Shown here piece by piece: positions 37,555-49,500 of a stretch of 64,000 bases of DNA (within the stretch, counting starts at the first letter, position 1; the number at the start of each line of letters is the position of its first letter). Both the position numbers and the translations under genes were made by a program. A model generated the notes under the pieces. It was not told the DNA's origin. It made no database searches and worked only from the letters and a program-made list of their open reading frames with translations. The stretch is from Paraspadella gotoi (Eukaryota; Animalia; Chaetognatha). The stretch is from positions 17,011,030-17,075,029 of the forward strand of contig CM119269.1 of NCBI GenBank assembly GCA_051294375.1, in the 5' to 3' direction.

Positions 37555-40500
37555 ATGAGTTTTGCCGATTATTCTCAGTCTTTCGATGATCATAAAAGTC
37601 TTTTGATATTAGTGAGACCTGTTGGATTAATTAAGGTATGTTGCTTAGAACTTTGGGTACAACTTTAGCTACTTTTATTGATATAACAATCATGAACGTA
37701 ATTTTTTTAGAGGTAAGCATATCAATAATTCGAGATATTTTGATTTAGGTAAATGCGTTTAATAAAGTTTTTGACGAAATAAATGCTTGTAGCAATGTAT
37801 GTCTTGCATCTGAATCTTCCCGGCGTCATCTACGGCTACGGTGCGTACATTTGTTACTCCATTGATTTGTCCGTTAACAAAAATAATTTTAAACTAATCT
37901 CCCCTTTGGTAAAATTTTACATTCACAGTCTAAAATCTCTCTCTCTATCTCTCTTCAAACTAAAAAGTCTGTGAAAATATTTGTTTCACAAATCAATTCG
38001 TTTTTGCGCTGAGTAAGGTTTACATTGAAGTAGAAACATGTCCAAATTTGTTTCTTAATAAAACTCGTTGTAGTTAAACAAACAAGGAAAGGAAAGTAAA
38101 AATAATATTTTTGTTATATTTTTTAAACGGTTAGCAATTGGGTTAAGGTTGGTTAGGGTTAGGGGTAGTTAGGGATTTGTAATAAGTTTTTCTCCCCTTT
38201 CCAGTGTCATTTTTAGTCGGATCTGTTTATCAGCAGATCCCGACTCTATAATTCACTTTGTCGGTCCGTCGGTCCGCCCCCCCAATCTTGTCGGGCATTT
38301 ACTTGTAAGAACATCGAATTATGATAAATTATGCAAAAAAAAAGATGTCCGTCCATCCTACTTTTAAAAAAAAACCAATTACTCGTGATTAGATGGATGG
38401 ATTGGAATGAAATTTTGTAAATGGTTAGGGAAGTGTGTGATTGAGCTGGATATGAAGTTTCGATGGAATCGTCCGAAAAAAACCAAAAAATATATTTCAT
38501 TATTTGAACACCAATGGGTGCAATTGACCTGAAATTTTGTATGTGGGTAGGAAAGTGTGTGATTAAGCTGGAAATCAAGTTTCGATGGAATCGTTTGAGT
38601 GGAAATAAGTTTAAATGGAAAAAAACAAAAAACCTGTTTCACTAATTGATTATGCTTCTTTTTCTTTTTATATTAAATGTAAATGCAAGATGTATTAATT
38701 AATCAAATAATTAATCAGTTAATTAATTAATCAATTATTAATTAATCAGTCACTTAATCAAAACAAACATTTAATTAATTATTTAATTACCGATAATGAT
38801 CGTGGGCAGATCCGACATTGTTTGCTCAACTTGTTTTTATTTTTGCGTAGCGATATTTATATACGTCGCTCATAAGAAGCGAAAAAAAAATGTTTTAAAT
38901 TTAAAAAAAAATATTACCTTATTACCCTAACCCTAAACCACCCCTAAACCCCCCTTAACCCTAACCCCTCCTTAACCCCGGTCGGCGAAAGTAAAAGTAA
39001 CCACCCTAACTACCCTTAACCACCCTTAACCTTAAATACTCTAACCTTAACCAAATCTTACCGGGATTTGATATTATAAAAGCAAAAAATAATGGTAAAA
39101 TTTTACTTTCGGGGTTTTAGTATCTTTTGAAAAATATTTTGAATTATATGCATATATGCGAATAAAAAAATAACCGACTGGTTAAGTTCCGGTCGTCAAA
39201 AGTAAATATATATAATATATATATATAGAAGTTTACCGATATCTAAATTTCGCCCCACAGATTTAAAAGAACTTGCCCTATAGAGAATAACTCTTGGGGT
39301 GATTTTCAAGCACATCGAAAAGTGGTTGGAATTCTTTGTGTTGCGACATTTGAAACTGAAGATGAACTAGAAGAGGCTTACAAACATTATGAAATTCTTA
39401 GGGATAAGTATTCCTCTACGTTATTTGATAGGTAAGCATTTTTTAAAACTCATTATTTTCCCCTCAAGTACTGACAGCCCGTCGTGGCGAGATAAAGCGA
39501 AGGCCAGGCTTCTTTGTGACGTAGTCGTCGGCGTCTTCCGCGTCAGCGTCACGCTTTTTTATATAAAAACTACTACACTTTGATAGTTTTGGCTGGGACT
39601 TACCGTTTTTTTTTAAATAAAAATTATTATGAATTAAGAATAAGTTTTATAAAAGTGTGCAATCATAGTAAGTTACAAATTTAGATATGGCTTCTCATCT
39701 TGCAATAGCTTTGAAATTTTCATATTACATTTGGATTCAAGTATTTTTTGTTTTAATTTCCACTTCATTATGATTTACTGCAATATGCAAATTAGATTAT
39801 GGTACTTTTTTATTAATTTTCTTTGATACTATACCTTAGCGAGATCATATACTTTAAGATTTCTTTTATCTCGTCAGACTGGCTTAAGCCTGTTTTGGGC
39901 GTAGATAACCATTTCGTATTGCTTCTTTGTGCTATTGTCGTCATCGTCACGCTGTTTTAATATTAAAAAGAGCTCAAGTATATAACCATAACCAAATTTA
40001 AATATGGTTTTTTATCATTGAGGTTTTTTAAATTGTTATGTTTCATATTCCTATATTCATTTGTTTTATTTATAAAACAATTTATATATATATAGTTCAG
40101 CTCTGCAGCGGTTTTTTAGCTCTCTCTCTAATTATATGTTGCTCTTTTTTTCCCCTCACTGTTCCGATTCGTCTAAAAACGAGTTAAGCTCTGCAGCGGC
40201 TGTCCAGCTTCTCTCTCTTTTTCTTTCTCTATCTTTTTTTTCTCTTTTTTTTTCTCTCTCTCTTACTCATACACGCATTTGTTTGTTTTAAGATGAATGA
40301 CTCATCGCATCATTGAATGATTATCATCGTATCATCGAATGATTATCATCGCATCAATAAATGACTATCATCGCATCAATGAATGATTATTATCCCATCA
40401 ATGAATGATATTATTCCATCAATGAATGATTATCGCATCAATGAATCATTATCATCGCATCCATCATTTGGTCATCATCGCACCAATAATTTGATTATCA

Positions 40501-43500
40501 TCGCACCAATAATTTGATTATCATCGCATCAATATTTGGTTATCATTGCATCAATATTTGGTTATCATTGCATCAATATTTGGTTATCATTGCATTCAAT
40601 ATTTGGTTATCATCACATCAATATTTGGTTATCATATAAATATTTGGTTATTTTTTTTTTTTTTTTTTTTTTTTTTATTTTTTTTTTTACAGTCGTATAC
40701 TTCTACTTTGGAAACGACGTTTATCGAGGATTGACGGCGAGACTTATTACGATCACGAAGATACAAAAGTATCGGAATCTATCGGTCCTTGCTTACAAAT
40801 AAGTTCTGGAGGTAGAAAAAAATCTCCGATATTCATTTTTTTCCCCCACATTCACATTTTCCCCAATAAATTGAAGTTCAAAAAAATAGCCTAAAAGACG
40901 CTGCGATAATTATTTTTCTTTATATGCATTTTCAGAGGCTGGAGAAACAGAGATTGATTCCAATAGTCCATCGGATTTAAAATACTCGTTTCAAACCTCA
41001 ATTGTGGAAACAAATGAACGGATTGACTTTTTAAGCATCAGCAAATCAGATGTTGAAGTAAGTTTTTTGTTTAAGCATTGATTTTTTCATTTTATTCATT
41101 GCACTATGTCATCGCATCGTAACTCGCCCTTTTCGGATTTTTTTACTATGAGCTCGTAATAAATGTCTAAGACAAAGCATATGATATGATTTAGCCTATA
41201 GCTATAAATTAATATTGGCCGAAATGTTTGTAAAGACTAATTATCCAAACTTCAAAGTTTTCAAGCGGAATTAGCAAAAATGTGGTCAACCATTAAGTTG
41301 CCAAAATTTCTACTTTATAAAAAGTTTTCCTGGTAGCATAGGAGAATAATCTTTTTGGTGCAAAACATTTGCAGTTCATATTTAATCGGCTATAAATTGT
41401 TTCGCTTTTTCGAACAATTTTTTGATGAGAAGTGCTTTTAAAACTAATCACAAGAAAACAATTTTCGCAGTGTTAAGAATCAGAAAAAAGCAATTATCAA
41501 TAATATTCAATATTTTTAAATACAATTGTTTGGAGATCATGTTCCAACGAAAGGATTTCGTATTGATTTTGAAACAGTTATAGGACAAGGGATTTTCAAT
41601 TATTAGCCAGGTTTCTGCATAAAAAAGTACTCGTCAATGTGTAGTATACAATGAATACTATACATATATCAGAAGGAATTTTAAAAAATCAGCGAATAAA
41701 TCATTATACAAAATTCTACCTGGTAGCAATAAAGCATAATTTTTTTTTTCTGCATCGCTTTTGTGACATTTTCATATGTTTAATAGTCCAAATCAAGCGT
41801 GATACAAATCTTCTCCATTTGATTCATTTGTACCTTGATAATTTTTCTTAAAGATTAGAATAAAGAAATTAAAAATTCAAGACCCTTAAATACTTACGAA
41901 GAATGATGAGTTTTCTCGTTTTAAGGAAAATTCCTGAAGTAATAAATATTAACTATATAGTACAATAGTATTTATTTAACAATGAACTACTCTTACTCTG
42001 TTATAATATGAAATCGGTATAACAAATAGTATGTAATTTATATGTAGGGCTGATAACAGATTGAACTATGGGCTTAATATCAATATCATTTCATTTAGCT
42101 TGACTACATTCATGTGCCAAAAAAACGCGCGACTTAAGATTCCAGACGCTCCATATTTTTAAAAATTGTAAAAGAAAAATTTATTTTTAAATCGGTGTAT
42201 AAATTTGATGACAATCGATTAAGTGGTTTAAGAGATATAATTTTTTAAACTTGAGTGTTTTAAAAAATGTAAAAATCAAGTTTTATTTTATTTTTCAATA
42301 ACTTTTGTTATTAATATTATTTAAGCATCTGAGTCTATCCACTTTGAGAAAAAAGTTTCGTGGGTTAATATTTTGGTCAGTATTTTTACATTCGCTGATT
42401 AATCCAGTTTTATACCAAAGTAGAAACTTGCTCACCCGGAAGAAACCAGATTTTTACGAGTTTTTTGAAAAGCATAATTTTGTATAAATAAAAATTTTTA
42501 AACTTGAACATCTTTCGTTTTTTCTTTGTTAAAACTCGCGTTAGTTTTTTTGGACGGGTGAAGCCGCGAACCTTACTTTACAAGCGTGAAATAAAAATGA
42601 TAATCTTAATACAAGGTAGGGTAGTGCGGGGTAATTCGGAACGCTATTGGAAGTATTCAAATTTTTCACTTAGTAAGTTTATTTTAATTTTCTGGTAATA
42701 TATCTAGGAAAGTGTCACCGATACAGATTGATGTAGTCGTTTTTATCCTCCGGCCCCTAAGGGTCGCATTTTTTTTTTAATTGAAAAGTGTTCCGTTTTA
42801 CCATACCCTGGAGTGAAACGGAACACTTAATATATTATGTATAATTTTTTAAAAATATTACAAAAAGTAATAACTGAAACTGTTATTTGGCGCATAGTGC
42901 CTCTCATTGATGTTTTATGTATACAAAATTTTACATTCTTAAGTGGGTAAAATAATTTTTAATACTATGTTCTCAATTTTGAAAAATTAATGACTGTCAA
43001 TAGATACCAAATTTATATATATTTTTTGATTTATAGTATTTTTGATAAATTTTTTTTATTTATTTTCATTCCTAAATATCGTCCCCATCTTTCTTTTCAA
43101 TTAATATTGGTTTTTTCCCTTATTTTTTATTTACAATGTTATTTTTTCTTATTCTTTTTATTTATCATTTTAATTTATCTTTTTAAATTGTATTTTATTT
43201 TCTATTTCTTTTCATAAATTATTATATTTATATTAATTTTATATTAATTTCATCTTAATTTTATTTCAAACTAATTTTGTAACCATATTTAGGCGTTAAA
43301 TTCCATTCCAAACTTTTGTATATTTTTTATTGCTAAAAATTGATTTTTTACTGTAACATTAATTGTATAATAATTTTTTTCGACTAATTATTTAACAAAT
43401 ATTGCTAACTGTTGTCAATACTAAGTAAATTATTACTAACACGTTATAAAAAGCATAAGAGGTAACACAGAATACTTACTTTACAGGTGTTCCGTTTTAC

Positions 43501-46500
43501 CCCAATTGTAGCTATGTAAAAAATAATTGAATTATTTTTTCGAAATAATCTATTTAATAATTAAAAATTATTAGTCTCGTCTATCATATATTGGTTGTAC
43601 CAATTTCATATTAATATTCCATAATGATATTACGATAACGATATATCTTTAAACAATTTCTTATTTCATTTTAGATGTCAGTGTTCCGTATTACTCCTGT
43701 TCCGAATTACCCTGCACTACCCTATAAAAAAATATTTAAAACAATTTTCAATAAATGATTTATCTTTGCTTTGGATTACTTTATTTAAAAAGATCACTGG
43801 ATGGCCAAATTTTGATAAAATTTATGCCAAACTTTTCATTTTTTAATTAACTTTTATATATTTTTAAATTTTTTTAAAAAATTAAAATGTACAGGGTGAT
43901 TTTTAAACACTGAAATTAAGTGTCGCGGTTTTTTTGCACAGAACTGTATTTACCATCCATTCTCCATCCTGTTGACATTTCATTTCCTTCAAATATGCGA
44001 GAGATAGTTTAAAGTAACAATTTCTTCCTAAAACATTTAGAATTCCAATATGGTGTTTCATAATTTCCGTGATGCAATTATTGTCAGTTGGATTTTGTAA
44101 ATCTTGAAAAGTAATTTATCAGATTATTGCCTGCAAGTATTGTCATTATATTTTTATATAACTTGTTTTACCTTGTGTGATTGAATTTTTTGAGCGTGTT
44201 CTCCGATTAAAAAGTCTGACTAAGCTTGTTGGGGGCATTCCCGGACTGATAAAAGGTTGAGAATTTTGTGTAGACACCTATACAGGAGATTGAAGTACTT
44301 AAATTAAATGTTATTTTGCATTTCGATTTAAATAGCTAGTAAGCTACATTGTAGTTTCAACTTAAATTTTAAAAGCTTACCTCAAAAACAGTAAGCACAG
44401 CAAAATAGACGAAAAAAATAACGATTAACGTCTCTTTCATCTTGATAATTTAACATTTACTCGCTTGAATGAATATATTGATGCCGAGGTTTGTATCGTT
44501 TTTGCAGCGCGAAGATTTTATTGCGAAAATATAAAGAGTTCTCCTTTTTCGTCGCGCGTTAAGAAACGCGTGAGCGGGATTCACATGGCGACGCGGATTA
44601 TAACATGAAGATTTTTTTAAAAACGAAATTAAGTGTTTTAACGTTACGTCAAGCACAGACAGTATAATTATTTTACATTTTAATTATTAAATAATTGAGT
44701 TACAATGCTGACACAAATCCTTAAAATGTTTTTTTCATGTTTGAGATATAAACTTAAATCATAACATATGAAAAAAAATATTGGTATTTGTCTAACTGCA
44801 TAGTACCCGAATTAGAATAAACCAAAATTTTAAATGATTGCTAAATTGTTGTTTTGAAATATTTTACATATTACTACAAACTTATGTTAGGAGTCGACGT
44901 CGTTTTAGAGATCGAGGAAGATTTTTTCAATGGAGATTTTCGTTCAAATCTGACTACAAAACAATATAAACGGTCCTGGGAAAAGTTCCGATAAAACATT
45001 GATGTAAAAAGACTCGATTCAGATCCTGTTGCATCTGAAGGGCTCGCATTTTTTTTTCTCTTTATGATTAACCATCATTTTGACATCAAACCATGAGATT
45101 TAAATGGACTGGTCTGCTCAGGAAAAAATTTTCATCTCAATTTTTCTATATAAAATAAAGGGATTTCTCAACTTCATTACAATGTAAACGCATTTAAGGC
45201 ATGTTGTGATTTTACAATAAACTTAGAATTCAGGAATCCGATAGCCATATGTCTGAAGGGCTCTCAAAATTTTTCTTTACATTTTATTTAGTTATTTTAA
45301 TATGAAACGATCATGGTAAAGTGAATTAGTCCATTTTGATGAAATTTTTATTTAAAGTAAAAGTAAAAAAGGAGCTTACTATCGGAATTCTAAGAGTTTT
45401 CAACAATTCTTCTATGGCGAAAATCTTCCAAAGAAGGGGTGGATTTTCCGAAGATTTTGGTTAATATTTTCTATATTTATGATCGGATTTTTTTGAAACT
45501 TAACAATAGCAATATTGCCATCATTCTACATTGGCCGGTAAAAGAATATATTAAAAAAACCTCTGGCTTTTTTCGCAAGAGCTTAGTCCTCCTTATGTAC
45601 AGTAGTCGGACAGCTTGAAATTTCTTCCTTTAACTTTTTGAAATTTTGTTTTAGTACGATATTGATTTTTTTTAAAATAATTTTCAAGGGGTTTTGTTGA
45701 TTTTTTTTTTTAGAATGAGACTGTTTTGAAGGACAAAGCAGCGCTTCCACCTTGCAGTCCCAACCGAGAAACTGCGTTAGCCATCGCGGAGTCAGACCAA
45801 CTAAACGAGGCAACGAAAAAATCTGTCTTAGGTTCGTTCCTAAATCTCGCATTTGATTCAATCTCACTTGGTGAAAATTATTCTTGTTCTTTGTCAGAAG
45901 GTATCGTTAACGACATTGACGATCCGCTTCGAGTGTCGACGCTCGATATCGATACAGAGTCGTCGCCCCGAATCGATCGAAAATCGACGGAGGTTCTGAT
46001 CGAAAAAGATGGTGAGGGGCTAGAAAATTTGTGATGGGGGAAGTGATGGAGCGAGCATTCTTATTCATCGAAAAACCTTCCCAGTTTCTGAAAAGCCGCC
46101 GTTTCCCGCTCGTAAAGGAGCGTGGCTCGTCTCGTCGCCTTCATCTCGGGCGGAGATCGAGGATCGAATTCGCGAGATGGCGGACGCCCTCTTTTGGGCG
46201 CTCGAGAGTCGGCGACTCGACCTGGCGCTAGATCGTCAACCGGCGCTTCTCATGGCGCCGTTCGAGAAGAAAGAGTTCGTTGGCCTCGATTCTGATTCCA
46301 GGTTTCGAAGGTCGTATTCGTGAAGATAAGAATACGCAATAAATATTTAATTTTTTTTTTCTCTCGTAGAAATCATCGCCGTCGTTGTCAAGGACGTCAT
46401 TATAAACAAGTCGGTGACCTTTGCTTGCAATCCGGTTTGACCCACGAAGCCATTAGAAATTATCAGGTAAATATTTCTGTTGCTTTTCAAGTACTTCAAT

Positions 46501-49500
46501 CGTTTAGTGCCATTCCTTCCCGCGGATCCATTAACCAAGTTGTCCCTGGACATCTTGCGCCATATCAACGACTTCCTTTGGATGGGCGCCGCCGAGGAGG
46601 GCGTCTCCGTGGCGTCGGCGATGCTTCACTATCGTCCCGTCGCCGCCGACGACGTCGTCCTCGTCCAGAGTCCCAAACTCGCCGACGCTTACGAAGCCGG
46701 AACCTCTGTCGGTCAACAGACACCGATGAAAGCGCCTTCCCAACTCCACAAAGTTTTGGCCCATCACAGATCAGGTGGTGGGGGTGAACGTCTTTGCCTT
46801 ACCAGCTTTGATGCTGCTTGATGTTAATCTGGAAAAAAAAAAAAAAAAAATTTTCTGCGAGATGAAACTTAAAAACCTATGGTTGAGTTGAGTAGTAATT
46901 TCGCGGAACACGGCGACTTTCCTTTCGTAGTCGACGGGCTGGCCGACTCCGACTCGCCCACTTCCGTTCCCTCGTTTCACCCAGCCGTCTCGGCCGAGAC
47001 GAAATCTTTTTTGCCCTCCCCTAGTCTTTTGCGACGGACGTTTAGACAAAATATTAGTTCTTTGCCCGGATCCTTAGGTATTTAATGTGGAGTATGTTTT
47101 GGTTTTTGTCGGGTCGCGTTCTCCACTTGTTTTTGTATCACCCTGTTCTGGTGAGAGTAAATAGTTTAATTTAGGTATTTGGATAAGTTTCTTTTATTGG
47201 CTTATGAGCTTTTTTTTTTTCATTTATTCAACTTACGGTGCACAATCAGCTTTGCATCCATTTTCAATGGTCCTTCCGTATTTCTGAATTGTGGTAATTG
47301 CTAACTGCTAATGTTGAAAGAGAGAGTACCGAGTGTTTCGAGATTAAATGTTAAAATAAAACTTTTCCCATAGTTTAGTACATTTTTGTTGACAATTTAG
47401 TATTCACCTTCACTAATTCAGTTAACGCTTCTTAATAATTAATCAAAAAAAAACCAAAATATATAGCAAAAGAATAGTTTCAGGTGTATCGTCGATTGTC
47501 TTCAAATTGATTTATTCTTCTTTACTGATATTTCAGGCAGCTACGGATCGTCCGTGGCTTCATCTGGCTCGACGAACAATTCCGACAGGTAAGCACATTC
47601 GTCGATGGGGTCTTCTTCGCGCACGTTTAAACCTGAAAACAATTCTTTCAGCAAAGAACTTGCAGGCAGCAACGGCAGTTTAACCGCCTCGACCGAGAGC
47701 GACTCCGCAACCAACTTAGCAGTTACCGGCGCTGCAGCCAAACCTCTCGGTCCCCACGAGCTCATTGAAAGCTACAAAGAAGCCGTCATTCATTACAGGT
47801 GTTTAGCAACAACAGCTTCTCGACCACTAGCTTTTGACTATTCGGTTTTTCTTTTCAGCAAATGTCGTCACGCTGGAATTATCGAGATGGAAGCCTCTAT
47901 AAAAGCCACTCAAATCCTTATTCTTCAAAAACGCTTTCTGCTCGCCCACGACTTTCTGCAGAATGTCATTTATATCAACCTTCAAGTTAGTTTTGAGTCT
48001 AATTAAAAATTTTTTAAACTTTGCCGACAATTCTGTTCTTAAAAACTAACTCCAGTTGAGTGACGAGGAAAAAATTTCGAGATACACGACTCTCTCCGAT
48101 CTTTACGTTTCGACTGGGTTTCATCGAAAGGCGGCCTTCTTTCGCCGGGTGGCTGCCATGCAGTGCGTGGCACCGACCAATCCAAGGCACGTATTCAGTT
48201 CCTCGTCTTTCTCTAAACTTTACTTTTTGCTTTCTACTATAATCTCCCTTAAAATGCTCGCAGACCGACTTGGCAGCAGTGTTTCGATCTTCTCTTGGAA
48301 ACTATGAAAGGTTACAAGTTTTCCCTCAATCCTCAAGAAAACAACGCCTCAGTTGGTTCGTCACTTTTTTATTTAATTTTACAAAACTGTTCTAAAATAA
48401 TTTCTGCTATTCCTCCAATCCTAGGTTGGCCGATTTTGCAAAAGCGTCTGCTTCACGAACTCATATTTACGGCGAGAAAAATGGGTCAATTGTCGGTGGC
48501 GGCAAGGTGAGATCTAGTGGGGAGAAGGAACAGTTGCGTACGGCCTCGATAGACTTTTCTTTCTTTTTTCTTTTATAGAATTTTGACTTTGTACCTCGAA
48601 TGCCTCCACGGCAATATGACGAGTGAGGAGATTTCCCAGATGGCGGATTTGCTGCAATCATATTCTCAAAGGAATTCTGCTGCGGCGCCTCAGTCGCTTT
48701 CGTTGGATTCGAAAGGTTTACTTTGAGATAACAGCGGAGACTCTTCGGGGTTGAAAATGATTAACTTAATCCCCGGTCATTCAACTAAGGCGACTACGTT
48801 GCTCCTCCTGTGTCACTGACTTGGATGCCGGAAGTCATAGACGTGATTCTTGTTCCGGCGAATCCCGACAAACTTCCCGTCACTCACGACAGCCAAAGTG
48901 GAAAAGGTTGGACCATTCGATCATGCCCATTTTTAAAAAAAAAAATTTATTTCCCCCTGGTTTTCAAACTACAAACTCTTTTTGTTTCAGGTTTTCACCC
49001 AGGAATTTCGTCCCCCTTCATCTACTCTCCCCTCAATCTGCGGAGTCAGCAGCGACCGAACGATTCGAGTTCCCGGTCCAAGCGACGAGGCGGACGTGTG
49101 AGCGGCTCAGCGATCGTCTGGGCCGCGGGAGACGAGTCCAGAGTTCGCGTGACTCTCCGCAACCCCGTCGACTTCGACCTCAGAGGTGGGCGGGGACGTC
49201 TTTAATATCTTTTTCCTTGGTAGCATTGCTCCTAATTTTTAATTTTTTCTCATCAGTGTCCAGAATGCGCCTGTCTGCATCCGGTTGCGGAGGATTTCTC
49301 GCCGAGATGAAGGAGGAGTGGACGGTTGTCCCTCGGTCCGGAGGTGTCGTGGATGTCTTTCTCGCGGCCAAGCCCAAAATCGTCGGCGAGTTGGTCGTTG
49401 ACGGGATCGGCTTCGAGGTCTTCTTCCGATTTTTTTGATTTTTTTTTTTTTGATTGATTGATTGTTGAACGATTTTATATATTTCAACCCCATCAGTTGT

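Noticed and set aside
40290-40650. CRISPR-like array
   Set aside because: No unique spacers and eukaryotic intronic context; an ordinary minisatellite.
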